Assembly (NCBI GenBank): GCA_050949565.1
Contig: JBMNFY010000017.1
Location: 64,001-128,000, forward strand
Source: Kiritimatiellia bacterium
GTDB taxonomy: Bacteria; Verrucomicrobiota; Kiritimatiellia; RFP12; UBA1067
Direction: 5' to 3'
DNA length: 64,000 nt
Positions 40,909 to 51,548 of this stretch are shown piece after piece. Position 1 is the first letter of the stretch, and each line of letters opens with the position of its first letter. Under the pieces are notes generated by a model. That model saw only the letters and a program-made list of their open reading frames with translations, searched no databases and was not told where the DNA came from. Position numbers and translations under genes: made by a program.

Positions 40909-43220
40909 TTGGTCATGTACACATGCAGGGCATCTGCGGCGTGGGCATGGCCGGCGTGGCCTATCTGCTTGCGCGGCGCGGCTGGAGTGTGAGCGGGTGC
41001 GACGCGCACCTGAATGCGTGGGCCGACTGGCTACGCACGTACGGCGTATGCGTCGAGCAAGGCCATGATCCCGCCCATCTGACAAACGTCGACTGCGTGA
41101 TCGTCACACCAGCGGTCCCGGCTTCCGACCCCGAATTGCTCGCCGCGCATGAACGGGGCCTGCCGGTCTTCCGTCGCGGCGAGGTACTGGCGAAGCTGGT
41201 GTCGGACGCACGCGGCATCGCTGTCTGCGGCGCACACGGCAAGACCACCACGAGTTGTTTCACGGCGCGGTTACTGCAAGAATTGGGGGCTGTGCCGGAG
41301 TGGTGCATTGGCGGCACCACGCCGCGCCTCGGCGGCGTGGCGGGCTGCGGCAACAGTGATCTGCTGGTGGCGGAAGCGGATGAAAGCGACGGCACACTTG
41401 CGCAGTATGCGCCCGCTGTCACAGTGCTCACCGGCATTGATCTGGATCATTTGGAGCACTTCGATGGCGAGACCGCGCTGACCGCCTGTTTTGCCTCGGT
41501 CGTTGCCCGCACGCGCGAAGGTGTCGCGGTCTGCTGTGACAACGCGCGAGCCGACCAAGTGGGTGCCGCAGCCACGGTGCCGCTGCTGCGTTACGGTCTG
41601 GCGGCGGATGCCGATCTGTGTGCGACGGATGTTCGCGTCGAAGCGGGGCGCGTCACGTTTGACGTGACGTGGCGCGGCGTATCGCAAGGGCACATCGCCT
41701 TGGGCGTGGCCGGACAACATAACGCCGTCAACGCGCTGGGCGCCGCCGCTGCCGCACTGTTGCTGGGTCATGCGCCTGAGGCTGTGTTTGCGGCGCTGCC
41801 GCGCGCCTGTGACGAACTGCCGGGACGCCGTTATGAGTGCGTGGCGGATGTGCAGGGCATTCGGATCATCGCCGATTACGCGCACCATCCGGCCGAACTG
41901 AAAGCCGCGCTGGCAATGGCGCGCGAAGAGCGTCCGGCGCGTCTGGTCGCGCTCTTCCAGCCGCATCGTTACACGCGTACGCTGGCGCTGGGGCCAGAAT
42001 TCCCTCCTGCTTTTGCCGAAGCCGACGAAGTGATCCTGCTACCGGTTTATGCGGCTTCCGAAACGCCGCTGGACGGCGGTTGCATCGAAGACCTGTATGC
42101 CCACTTCCGTCACTCTGATAGCCCGCAGCATGCTGACACCGCCGTATCCGCACCGCGCATCGGCCCGCGCCTCAAACTGGCGCGCACGCTGGAGGAGGCG
42201 TGGGCTTACCTGCGGCTGACACTGGCGTCGGGTGATTTGGTAGTGATCGCGGGTGCTGGTGATGTGATCGGCATGGTCGACTTGATCCGCGCAGATCTCG
42301 CGCGTGGTTGGCCGGCACACCGAGACCCCGAAGGTTTTGAGGCGGCATTGAGGGCGTTGCCAGGGGTTGAGGCGGTGCCGTTCGGTGCGTTGACGCACTG
42401 GTCCTATTATCAGGTCGGCGGCTGGGCACGTTGGCGCGTCGAGGTCGTCGACGAAGCGGCGCTGACGGCCGTGGTGCGTTTGTGCAACGCGCACGGGGTG
42501 AACTGGCGCTTTGTGGGGGCGGGCGCCAACTCCTGGTTCAGCGACCTAGGCGAAGCAGGCTGCGTGGTCCGCTTCGCGCCGGGAGCGTTCCGGGGATTCG
42601 ACGTGCATGGTGACGAGGTAACGGCGGAGTGCGGCTGGATGGGGCCAGCGCTGCTGGATCGGCTGGAGCGCGAGGGGTTTTCGGGGCTTGAGTGTCTTGA
42701 TAGCGTGCCGGGCACGCTGGGCGGCTGGCTGGCGATGAATGCCGGAGCGCACGGTGGCGAAATCGGGGCGCGAGTTGCTTGGATTCGCTGTTTGAATCCG
42801 GTCGGTGAAATCGCTATACTGGACGCTATCGATTGTGGATTTGGCTACCGTCGGTGTGATGGGCTGGCCGGGTGTGTCGCGTTGGCTTGCGGATTGCGGC
42901 TGGAACGCACGACACCGGAGCAGGTCGCAACGTTGCGGAAGGCAGTGCGCGCCAAGCGGATGCCCCTTTCGGGGTTGCGCTGCGCGGGATCGGTTTTCAA
43001 AAATCCGGAGGGCACGGCCGCCGGACGCATGTTGGATGCAGCGGGGTGCAAGGGCATGCGGATCGGCGGCGCGTACGTGACGGATTTTCATGCGAACATT
43101 GTTGCGACCGACAGGACTGCAACAGCCTCGGATGTGTTGGCGGTGGTGATGCGGATGCGCGGTCGTGTCGTGCGCCACAATGACGTGCGGCTGACGGCGG
43201 AAGTTAGCGGTTTTTTTTAG
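40902..43220 (+). CDS. murC: Fused UDP-N-acetylmuramate-alanine ligase / UDP-N-acetylmuramate dehydrogenase (MurC-MurB)
   Basis: MurC: GVGMAG, GAHGKTTT, EADESDG, DYAHHP, FQPHRYTRT; MurB: PGTLGG...MNAGAHG, AGSVFKNP, HAN. Confidence 0.93.
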   Translation: MVVGHVHMQGICGVGMAGVAYLLARRGWSVSGCDAHLNAWADWLRTYGVCVEQGHDPAHLTNVDCVIVTPAVPASDPELLAAHERGLPVFRRGEVLAKLVSDARGIAVCGAHGKTTTSCFTARLLQELGAVPEWCIGGTTPRLGGVAGCGNSDLLVAEADESDGTLAQYAPAVTVLTGIDLDHLEHFDGETALTACFASVVARTREGVAVCCDNARADQVGAAATVPLLRYGLAADADLCATDVRVEAGRVTFDVTWRGVSQGHIALGVAGQHNAVNALGAAAAALLLGHAPEAVFAALPRACDELPGRRYECVADVQGIRIIADYAHHPAELKAALAMAREERPARLVALFQPHRYTRTLALGPEFPPAFAEADEVILLPVYAASETPLDGGCIEDLYAHFRHSDSPQHADTAVSAPRIGPRLKLARTLEEAWAYLRLTLASGDLVVIAGAGDVIGMVDLIRADLARGWPAHRDPEGFEAALRALPGVEAVPFGALTHWSYYQVGGWARWRVEVVDEAALTAVVRLCNAHGVNWRFVGAGANSWFSDLGEAGCVVRFAPGAFRGFDVHGDEVTAECGWMGPALLDRLEREGFSGLECLDSVPGTLGGWLAMNAGAHGGEIGARVAWIRCLNPVGEIAILDAIDCGFGYRRCDGLAGCVALACGLRLERTTPEQVATLRKAVRAKRMPLSGLRCAGSVFKNPEGTAAGRMLDAAGCKGMRIGGAYVTDFHANIVATDRTATASDVLAVVMRMRGRVVRHNDVRLTAEVSGFF

Positions 43221-43223
43221 GAT

Positions 43224-43324
43224 GAGGATCTTGCAAAACCTCTCGTGGCATGGGCGTCCCGCCCATGAAACACGGGCAAGATGCCCGTGCCACACCTGTA
43301 GGCAAGGGTTTTTGCAAGAGCCTC
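43224..43324. mobile_element. MITE-like non-autonomous derivative of the IS at 18705, carrying a REP-like doublet
   Basis: Ends GAGGATCTTGCAAAA...TTTTGCAAGAGCCTC; interior nearly identical to 18705-18800. Confidence 0.8.
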
Positions 43325-43340
43325 TAGATGAGAGAGCGGA

Positions 43341-44246
43341 TTGAACGATATGAAACGGGTTGCGGTCATCATGGGCGGGACCTCCAACGAGCGCGAAGTG
43401 TCGCTCCGGTCGGGTGCTGCGGTGGTTGAGGGGTTAGAGGCGGCGGGATACGATGCGCGGCCGGTGGTGCTGGAGCGGGATCAATTGGAGGGGCTACCCG
43501 AAGGCATCCAAGCGGTCTTCATCGCGTTACACGGCGGGTACGGCGAAAATGGTGGCGTGCAGGCCGATCTGGATCGTCTGGGGTTGCCGTACACCGGGCC
43601 GGGCGCTGCGGCCAGCCGGATTACGATCGACAAGATCGCCACCAAGCGTGTACTGGAACGGGCGGGCGTGCCGACCGCGCCCTACGAGGTGCTGCCGCGC
43701 GGTGTGTCGGAGACCACGCTGTCGTTGCCGGTGGTGGTAAAACCGCCGCGCGACGGATCGAGCGTCGGCATCACCAAGGTGAACGTTGCGGACGAGTGGC
43801 CGGCCGCGTTGGCGGCGGCGCGTGAGGTTGACGCGCAGGGCGAGGTGCTGGTGGAGACCTACATACCGGGCCGCGAGTGGACGGTGGGCGTGCTTGATGG
43901 CGAGGCGTTGCCGGTGGTTGAGATTCAGACGCCGCATGATTGGTATGGCTTTCAGGAGAAGTACACAGCAGGTGTGACGCGTTACGCATTTCCGCAAGCG
44001 GAAGAGGACCGGCCGCTGGTGGCGTCGTGTCAAGTGCTGGCGCTGGTGGCGTTTAAAGCGGTGGGATGTCGTGGCGTGAGCCGCGTGGACTTCCGGGTAA
44101 CGCCTGACGGGAAGCCGTACGTGCTGGAAATCAATACGGTGCCAGGGTTCACGTCGACAAGCCTGTTGCCTAAGGCGGCGGCCCAAGCGGGGATTTCATT
44201 CAGTGCGTTGTGCGCGCGGTTAGTGGAAAGCGCGGCCTGCGGATGA
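43341..44246 (+). CDS. ddl: D-alanine--D-alanine ligase
   Basis: GGTSNEREVSLRSG, LHGGYGENG, GSSVGI, RVDF, EINTVPG. Confidence 0.96.
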   Translation: MNDMKRVAVIMGGTSNEREVSLRSGAAVVEGLEAAGYDARPVVLERDQLEGLPEGIQAVFIALHGGYGENGGVQADLDRLGLPYTGPGAAASRITIDKIATKRVLERAGVPTAPYEVLPRGVSETTLSLPVVVKPPRDGSSVGITKVNVADEWPAALAAAREVDAQGEVLVETYIPGREWTVGVLDGEALPVVEIQTPHDWYGFQEKYTAGVTRYAFPQAEEDRPLVASCQVLALVAFKAVGCRGVSRVDFRVTPDGKPYVLEINTVPGFTSTSLLPKAAAQAGISFSALCARLVESAACG

Positions 44247-44265
44247 TGGAAGGCCGGGATCAGCA

Positions 44266-45138
44266 ATGAAGTGGAAACTGTCCATAGGGAGCAAGGGTAA
44301 AAAACGGGGCAACCGGCTCATGAAAAGCGGTCGGCGTGTGACTGGCGTCGTGACGGATCTGCCAGCCAGCGTGAAACTTACGGCCGCGCTTATGGCCTGT
44401 GTCGTCGTGTTGCTGCTCGGCGTGTGGGGGGTGTGGAAGCTGTTCATCGCCTACTATTTCAAGGGGCAGTCGCTGTTCGTGTTGCGCGACCTGCGCAGTT
44501 CGGTGGTGATCGTGACCGGGCGGACGCTGACGCCCGACCTGATTTGCGAAAAACTCGGACTGCGCGAGGGAGTCAACCTCTTCTCGATCCCGATTGAGGA
44601 GAAGCGGCGCGAACTGTTGGAGCAGGCACCGAACATCCGCGAGATTTCCATCGTGCGGCGCATGCCGGACAAACTGGCAATCACGATCGTAGAGCGCGAG
44701 CCGATCGCGCGTGTGGGGTCACACGGCCGCGTAGTCGATAAAGAAGGCGTGGTGTTCATCCGTTACGCGGGTACGGGGGGACTGCCGCTCATCAAGGGCA
44801 CAGAGTTTTCGCAGATCAAGCCCGGCGAACGCCTGCACGGCAACGAGTTGGCTGCGGTGCGCTTGATCCATAGTACGCTGCGGCCCGAATGTTCGATGCG
44901 GTTACTGGCGGTGGATGCGTCCAAAGAAGACTATCTGTTACTGACCTTCTCTGATTACCGTCAGGCGAAGTTTGCATGGCGCGGGATGGCGAATGACCTG
45001 AAAGAACCCGACGTGCTAATGCAGCGGCATTTTGACAATTTGGCGAAGGCCATGGAAAGTGAGATCGGCAAACCGAGGATGATGTGGGACGCGACGCTGC
45101 CCGATCGTGTCTTCGCGATGCCAGTGGGGGTTCAATGA
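44266..45138 (+). CDS. ftsQ: Cell division protein FtsQ/DivIB
   Basis: Single TM, POTRA-like RRMPDKLAITIVEREPIA; ddl-ftsQ-ftsA synteny. Confidence 0.85.
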   Translation: MKWKLSIGSKGKKRGNRLMKSGRRVTGVVTDLPASVKLTAALMACVVVLLLGVWGVWKLFIAYYFKGQSLFVLRDLRSSVVIVTGRTLTPDLICEKLGLREGVNLFSIPIEEKRRELLEQAPNIREISIVRRMPDKLAITIVEREPIARVGSHGRVVDKEGVVFIRYAGTGGLPLIKGTEFSQIKPGERLHGNELAAVRLIHSTLRPECSMRLLAVDASKEDYLLLTFSDYRQAKFAWRGMANDLKEPDVLMQRHFDNLAKAMESEIGKPRMMWDATLPDRVFAMPVGVQ

Positions 45139-45157
45139 AAGGAAGAGGCAAGGGCAT

Positions 45158-46357
45158 ATGGCGATTCCTCCAATAGCGGCGTTAGAGATCGGCACGTCGC
45201 GCACCGTGGTGTGCGTGGGCGAGTCTGAGAATGGTCGCGTCAAGATCACCGGCACGGGGTCCTATCCCACGACCGGTGTGCGAAAAGGCCAGATATTCGA
45301 TGTGACGCAGGCGCGCACGGGTGTTGAAACGGCGGTGAAGCAAGCCGAGAAGCAATCGGACGTGAGTATTTGGCAGGTGTTGCTGGCGTTGTCCGGCGGC
45401 CATATCATGACTACTGTCAATCCGGGGATGTTGACAATCCGCTCGAGCGATTACGTGGTTTCGCGTGACCACATCGAAGAGGTGATTGAAAACGCCAAGG
45501 AAGTGCATCTCGATCCTGATCGGCAAGTGCTGCACACGATCACCCAAACGTTCACGGTGGACGATCAGCCCGGAATCGTCAAGCCGGAGGGCATGCGCTG
45601 CAAAATGCTCTCACTGAACGTCATGGCGGTACACGGCGTAAAGAGCCGGATCGAGAACGCAGTCAATGTGGCGAAAAGCGCGGGTCTGGAAGTGGTCGAT
45701 GTGGCTTTTTCAGGAGTGTGCGCGGCTTTGGCGGCACTGACGGTGGAGCAAAAACGCAACGGCGTGGTATTGATCGATCTGGGCGGCGGCACCACAAACT
45801 ACGTCGCCTACAGCAACGATGTGGTTGTGGCGCTCGGCAGTGTGGCGGTCGGCGGCGATCACGTCACCAATGACATCGCCTTGGCATTTAACATTCCGCA
45901 GAACAGTGCCGAGGAGTTGAAACGTACCGAAGGTTCCGCGCTGATTGATGCGGAGAGTGGAACGGAGCGGATCACGCTGAAGACTGCCGTAGGTTTTGAG
46001 GAGCGCACGCTGAGTTGCAAGGCACTGCACACGGTGATCAATGCGCGCATGGATGAGACATTGCGCGTGGTACGTGCGCGACTGCACGAGGCCGGTGTGT
46101 TGCCGCATGTCGGCGGCGGTGTGGTGCTGACGGGCGGCGGCGCTTATCTGCGCAGAGTCACCGAGTTGGCCCAGCGCGTTTTCGGCGCACCGTGCCGCAT
46201 CGGTGTGCCGGTGAATGTCGACGGTTTGGAGCAGGAGGATCAGCCCGCCGCGCTGTGCACAGCGGCCGGTCTGGCCTTGTACGGACACATGACCTATGAA
46301 GACCGTGGTGTGCTGGCACCGGTCAAAAACATCTTTAGGGGGTTGTTCAGGCGATGA
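45158..46357 (+). CDS. ftsA: Cell division protein FtsA
   Basis: LEIGTS, IDLGGGTT, GGDHVTNDIA, VLTGGGA. Confidence 0.95.
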   Translation: MAIPPIAALEIGTSRTVVCVGESENGRVKITGTGSYPTTGVRKGQIFDVTQARTGVETAVKQAEKQSDVSIWQVLLALSGGHIMTTVNPGMLTIRSSDYVVSRDHIEEVIENAKEVHLDPDRQVLHTITQTFTVDDQPGIVKPEGMRCKMLSLNVMAVHGVKSRIENAVNVAKSAGLEVVDVAFSGVCAALAALTVEQKRNGVVLIDLGGGTTNYVAYSNDVVVALGSVAVGGDHVTNDIALAFNIPQNSAEELKRTEGSALIDAESGTERITLKTAVGFEERTLSCKALHTVINARMDETLRVVRARLHEAGVLPHVGGGVVLTGGGAYLRRVTELAQRVFGAPCRIGVPVNVDGLEQEDQPAALCTAAGLALYGHMTYEDRGVLAPVKNIFRGLFRR

Positions 46358-47544
46358 ATCAGGAGCAACAACATACAGGATTGCTTTTGCTCGGCGTGGG
46401 GGGCGGCGGTTGCCGTCTTGCCGCGTCGGTCCGCGCCGCCTACGGTGAGGGTCTGCGTGTACTGTGTGTCGATACGGACGCGCAGCCGTTACGCACTGCG
46501 GCTGGTGCCGGCATACCGACTGTGCTGCTTGGCGGCTCGCGGCTCTCCGGCCACGGCACAGGCGGCGACGCGATTCTCGGGCGTCTGGCCGCACAAGATG
46601 ATCTTGAAACACTGTGCGCCCAAATGCAGGATGTGAGAACGGTGGTGATCCTCGCAAGTTTGGGCGGCGGCACGGGCGGTGGTGCCACGCCTGAGATTAT
46701 CAAAGCCTTGCACGATATGGGCTTGGCCACCGTCTGCTTTGCCACGCGGCCATTCACCTTTGAGGGTGATGCCCGCGCAAAGTTGGCTTCCCGTGTGCTG
46801 CCGATGATTGAGGAGACGGCGGATTCGCTGATCGTAATCCCGCTGGATGATCTGTTCAGCGACGCGCACGAAGAAATGCTGGCCGATGCGATTCAGGTTG
46901 CGGAAAATTTGATTTCTGCAGGCGTGACGCTGCTGTGGCGGCTGTTGACCAAGCCAGGCTTCATCCAACTTGATCCCGAAAGACTGCATACCATGGTGCT
47001 GACAGGTGGCAATGCGCGCCTGGGTTTTGCGTCAGCCTCTGGAGCGGATCGTGCGCGTCATGCGGTCGAGGCGCTCAAGAGCTGCCATCTGCTGCGCAAA
47101 GGTGACTCGTTGACCAAGGCAAGCGCTGTGATGCTGGGCATTCTAGCTGGTCCCGATTTGCGGCTGGCTGAAATCGGCGAGGTCATGGATGCGTTACGCC
47201 GCCATGCTAAAAAAGGTTGTTTGTTTGAAATGGGCACAGTGCTCGATGCGCGGTATGAAGGGCGCATCGAACTGGTCGCCCTCTCGTTTGAAAGCTGGAG
47301 TGCCGCAGTCGGCCAGCCTGTTCCGGCGGCCACGGATGCCGTGCCGCCTAGCGCTGCGGAACCGCCGGTGGCCGACACCTTCCCCATCCAGCCGGGAAGC
47401 CGGCGTAGTCGCATGAAAGGCAGCAAGCTCTCCTTCGGCGCAACCGGACGCGGCAAGTTCCGCGACGTGGAACCCACATTGCATGAGGGACAGGATCTCG
47501 ATGTGCCGACCTATATTCGGCGCGGGATCGCACTGGAACGTTAG
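46354..47544 (+). CDS. ftsZ: Cell division protein FtsZ (divergent)
   Basis: GVGGGG, GGGTGGG, PFTFEG, C-terminal DLDVPTYIRR; follows ftsA. Confidence 0.88.
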   Translation: MNQEQQHTGLLLLGVGGGGCRLAASVRAAYGEGLRVLCVDTDAQPLRTAAGAGIPTVLLGGSRLSGHGTGGDAILGRLAAQDDLETLCAQMQDVRTVVILASLGGGTGGGATPEIIKALHDMGLATVCFATRPFTFEGDARAKLASRVLPMIEETADSLIVIPLDDLFSDAHEEMLADAIQVAENLISAGVTLLWRLLTKPGFIQLDPERLHTMVLTGGNARLGFASASGADRARHAVEALKSCHLLRKGDSLTKASAVMLGILAGPDLRLAEIGEVMDALRRHAKKGCLFEMGTVLDARYEGRIELVALSFESWSAAVGQPVPAATDAVPPSAAEPPVADTFPIQPGSRRSRMKGSKLSFGATGRGKFRDVEPTLHEGQDLDVPTYIRRGIALER

Positions 47545-47567
47545 AACGGCTGAACAGAGGGGGCGGG

Positions 47568-49850
47568 ATGAAAAGAGTGTGTGCGCTTCTGGTTTGTTTG
47601 GGCGCGGCTTGGGCGATGGCAGAACCGCTAGCAGGAACCCAACCGCTGACCGGAACGAATGACCTTTCCGATGCCTATCTGAGCGGGCTCGACCGTTTCA
47701 CGTTGCGCGAGACGGAACGCATCGCGGCCGAGAGATCAACGCAATGGCGTCGTCGTTTGTCCGAGGGCGGTCCGGCTGCCGCCGCGTGGCTGGTCACGAA
47801 CAGGACCGAACTGGGCCGCATGCTCGGCGTACGTGATGCGCGCGTGCCCTTCGATGCGCCCGAAACGCTCGGCACACTTTCGCATGACGCGGTCGTGGGA
47901 CATACCGAGACGCATACGCTGTTGCGCATCCGCTGGCCGGTGATCGGTGATTTTGCAGCCGAGGGCCTGTTGCTCGAACCGACACAGTCGTCGGCCATCA
48001 TCACCAACATCGTGCATCTGCCGCATGCGGGCATCACACCTGAACAGGTACTGGGGCTCACGAATGGTGCCGCTGCAGCGTCGCGTCTGGGCTTTCGCTT
48101 CCCGCCGTCGAATTGCCGAATGGTTGTGCCCGCTGTGATCAGTCGAAAAAAATCCAAATACCTGAGCGAACTGCCCGATCTTTCCCGCAAACCGGGCGCG
48201 GCCACGCGCGGCGGCAGAGTCATGACCGCCCGCGAATTTGTCTATCGCCCGGCCTATGTGATGGGACGGCATGTGATCGGCTATGAGGTACAGGAGGTGT
48301 TGGCGCTGATCGATTGGTTCCGCGCCCAAACCCCGTCGGCATCGGTCCAAGTCGAGGGATGGGGCGACGGCGGCATGCTGGCGCTGTATGCGGGAGCGCT
48401 GGACATGCGGATCGATCATACCGTGGTGGCCGGCTACTTCGGCCCGCGTGAGGCCTTGTGGCGCGAACCGATCGACCGCAACGTTTTTGGTCTGCTACGT
48501 CACTTCGGCGATGCAGAGATGGCCGCGCTGATCGCGCCGCGGCGGCTCACCGTCCTGTCCACACCGGGACCGGAAGAGACGATCACACGTGAGTTGAAGC
48601 AGGGCGAAGGCGGCGCTCCGGGCGAGTTGGTCTCGCCGACAGCGGATGCCGTCGACCGCGAGGTGGCGCGCGCCCGCGAGTTGGTGCCGTCCGACGGCGG
48701 CGGCTGGCTCGTGCGGGTGACGGAACGCGAGGCCGCCGACAGCCACGATTCCGCTGCGTCCTTGGCGGGCGGCAAGTGGCACGGTGCGACGGTCGATGCG
48801 GCGGCGTGTGCGGCACGGGAAGCGCGGCTGGTCAAGGGGATGAATGCGTTTTCGCAGCATCTGATAGCGGTTTCGCCGGCGGTGCGCCATGCGTTTCTCG
48901 CCGACCTTGATCTCTCTTCGCCCGCAGCGTTTGACCGTTCCGCCGCAGCGTACCGCACGTATTATCTGGAGCGCGTGATGGGCCGCATTGACAGTGCACG
49001 GACAACAGCGTTGAATCCGCGCACGCGCGTGATCGAGAAGACCGCTGCGTATACCTGTTACGAGGTGGTGCTGGATGTGCTGCCTGATTTCATACTTTAC
49101 GGGTTTCTGTTGGTTCCAAACAACATTCAAGCGGGCGAGCGACGCCCGTTGATCGTCGCGCAACACGGACGCGGCGGCACACCGCGCACGCTCATGTCAT
49201 TGCAGAACGGCGGTCGTAAAACGTACCACGAGATCGCGCCACGCCTTGCGGAACGGGGCTACCTCGTGTTTTCGCCGCAAAATCCGTATGTGTTTGAAGA
49301 CCGCTACCGTCAGCTCGTCCGTAAGGCGAATCCGCTGCAATGGACCCTCTACTCATACATCCATCTCCAGTATGAGCAGATGTTCGACTGGCTGGACACC
49401 TTGCCCTTTGTGGACGGCGCGCGCATTGCGTTCATCGGCCAATCCTACGGCGGCAAGACAGCGGTGCGCGTGCCGCCGGTGATGCCGCGCTTCTGTCTGG
49501 TGGTGGCGACAGGCGACTTTAATGAGGGCATCATCAAGATGGCCTCGACCCGCTATCCCTTCAGCTTCGCGCTGGTGGATGAGTACGAGATGTTCGAGTT
49601 TGATCTCGGCAACACCTTCAACTACGCCGACCTTGCCGGTCTGCTGATACCGCGTCCGTTCATGGCGCAACGCGGCCACACGGACGGTGTGGCCTGGGAC
49701 GAGTTTGTCGGCTACGAATATGCGCGTGTACGACGCCTGTATACGAGACTCGGCTTGTCCGACCGCACGGCGATTCACTGGTTTGACGGCGGACACGAGA
49801 TTGCGGTCGATGCCGCCTGCGATTTTTTTGACCGCTTCCTAAAACCGTGA
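47568..49850 (+). CDS. Secreted tandem alpha/beta-hydrolase (dienelactone hydrolase-like)
   Basis: Signal peptide; two hydrolase-like halves (GWGDGG; GQSYGG...D...GGH). Confidence 0.8.
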   Translation: MKRVCALLVCLGAAWAMAEPLAGTQPLTGTNDLSDAYLSGLDRFTLRETERIAAERSTQWRRRLSEGGPAAAAWLVTNRTELGRMLGVRDARVPFDAPETLGTLSHDAVVGHTETHTLLRIRWPVIGDFAAEGLLLEPTQSSAIITNIVHLPHAGITPEQVLGLTNGAAAASRLGFRFPPSNCRMVVPAVISRKKSKYLSELPDLSRKPGAATRGGRVMTAREFVYRPAYVMGRHVIGYEVQEVLALIDWFRAQTPSASVQVEGWGDGGMLALYAGALDMRIDHTVVAGYFGPREALWREPIDRNVFGLLRHFGDAEMAALIAPRRLTVLSTPGPEETITRELKQGEGGAPGELVSPTADAVDREVARARELVPSDGGGWLVRVTEREAADSHDSAASLAGGKWHGATVDAAACAAREARLVKGMNAFSQHLIAVSPAVRHAFLADLDLSSPAAFDRSAAAYRTYYLERVMGRIDSARTTALNPRTRVIEKTAAYTCYEVVLDVLPDFILYGFLLVPNNIQAGERRPLIVAQHGRGGTPRTLMSLQNGGRKTYHEIAPRLAERGYLVFSPQNPYVFEDRYRQLVRKANPLQWTLYSYIHLQYEQMFDWLDTLPFVDGARIAFIGQSYGGKTAVRVPPVMPRFCLVVATGDFNEGIIKMASTRYPFSFALVDEYEMFEFDLGNTFNYADLAGLLIPRPFMAQRGHTDGVAWDEFVGYEYARVRRLYTRLGLSDRTAIHWFDGGHEIAVDAACDFFDRFLKP

Positions 49851-49928
49851 CGCGCGGGATGCCGTGATCGGGACCCACACGAAAGCAAGTGCCTTCGTGT
49901 GAGTAACAGAGATGTTTTGCGCAGCGCC

Positions 49929-51422
49929 TTACGAACGGTAGTTGGGCGCTTCCCTAATGATCTTGACGTCGTGCGGATGGGCCTCGCGCACGCCCGCACC
50001 GGTGATACGGCAGAAGAGACCGTCGCGCTTCAGATCTTCAATCGTGCGGGCACCGCAGTAACCGAGCGACGACCGCAGACCACCGCAGAACTGGGTCATG
50101 ATCTTCTTGACCGTGCCGGCCAACGGCACGATGCCCTCAATGCCCTGTGGCACGAGATCGTCCTCTTTGACGTTGTCCTGATCGTAGCGCTGGCGGCTGC
50201 CTTTGCCCTCTTTCATGGCGGCGAGGCTGCCCATGCCGCGATAGACCACGTAGTGACGCCCTTCGTGGATGATCTTCTCGCCTGGGCTCTCTTCAGTACC
50301 AGCCAGCAGCGAACCGAGCATCACAGTGTCCGCGCCAGCGACCAGCGCCTTGGGCACATCGCCAGAATGACGGATGCCGCCGTCGGCAATGATCGGAATG
50401 GAGCCGCCGAGCGCCCGCGCCGCATTGTAGACAGCGGTGAGCTGTGGGATGCCGACACCGCACACGACGCGTGTGGTGCAGATCGAGCCGGGGCCGATAC
50501 CGACTTTGACAGCGTGAGCACCGGCCTTTTGCAAAGCCTCGGCACCTTCGGCGGTAGCGATGTTGCCGCCGATCACATCAATGTCGGGATAGTGTTTGAC
50601 GATCCAGCTCACCATGTCGAGGATGCCCTTGCTGTGACCGTGGGCACTGTCAACCACCACCACATCGACCTCCTCGTCCGCCAGCATCTCCATGCGTTCA
50701 TGGTCGTTGGCACTGACGGCGGCAGCCACGCGCAGGCGGTAGCGCGAATCGCGGGTATAAAGCGGTTGAGCGTTCTCAACCAACTCCAATACGTCGGTGA
50801 AGGAATAGAGGCCGACCAACCGCCCGTTTTTGTCCACAAGGGGCAGCTTGCCGATCTTGTTCTCCATCATGATGGTGTAAGCCTGTTCCAGCGTGGTGTC
50901 GGGCGCGGCTGTGATCACGTCCGTGGTCATGACCTCGGAAACGCTTGTCGCACTCTTTTTAGCGAAGCGGAGATCGCTGGAAGTCACGATGCCCGCGAGA
51001 CGATCCTGATCGTCGAGGATCGGAAAACCGCTAAACGAAAGATGGTGCTCTTGGCGATATTGCTGGACGTAGGCCAGAGAGTCGGTGTTGTAGAAAGCGA
51101 CCGGCCGCATGATCAGACCGTTGAGGTGGTGCTTGACACGGCGCACATGCTGGGCCTGAAGTTCGGGCGGCAGGTTCTTGTGGATCACGCCGATACCGCC
51201 CAGCATGGCCATGGCGATCGCCATACGGGCCTCAGTCACGGTGTCCATCGCGGCACTGACAAACGGGATGTTGAGAGTGATGCGGCTGGTCAGCCGCGAG
51301 GAGATCGTGGTCTGGTCAGGGAGAAAGTCGGCATACCGAGTGACCAGTGTGACATCATCAAAGGTCAACCCTTCGAACGGGAACTGTTCCATGAAAGCGG
51401 CAATATTGGCATTTACGTGCAT
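49929..51422 (-). CDS. guaB: IMP dehydrogenase
   Basis: LTFDDV, SAAMDTVT, CBS pair, GIGPGSICTTR, ADGGI, YRGMGS. Confidence 0.98.
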   Translation of the reverse strand: MHVNANIAAFMEQFPFEGLTFDDVTLVTRYADFLPDQTTISSRLTSRITLNIPFVSAAMDTVTEARMAIAMAMLGGIGVIHKNLPPELQAQHVRRVKHHLNGLIMRPVAFYNTDSLAYVQQYRQEHHLSFSGFPILDDQDRLAGIVTSSDLRFAKKSATSVSEVMTTDVITAAPDTTLEQAYTIMMENKIGKLPLVDKNGRLVGLYSFTDVLELVENAQPLYTRDSRYRLRVAAAVSANDHERMEMLADEEVDVVVVDSAHGHSKGILDMVSWIVKHYPDIDVIGGNIATAEGAEALQKAGAHAVKVGIGPGSICTTRVVCGVGIPQLTAVYNAARALGGSIPIIADGGIRHSGDVPKALVAGADTVMLGSLLAGTEESPGEKIIHEGRHYVVYRGMGSLAAMKEGKGSRQRYDQDNVKEDDLVPQGIEGIVPLAGTVKKIMTQFCGGLRSSLGYCGARTIEDLKRDGLFCRITGAGVREAHPHDVKIIREAPNYRS

Positions 51423-51548
51423 TGATAACCTCCTGATTCCTTCGCTTTCCCGCTATTGTATACCCGATTCTGACGTCTTTTGCAATCCTGTTCGCTTGTG
51501 AATTGACGCCTTTGCTACTTTTCACCATAATCGGGGCGTATTCAGATC

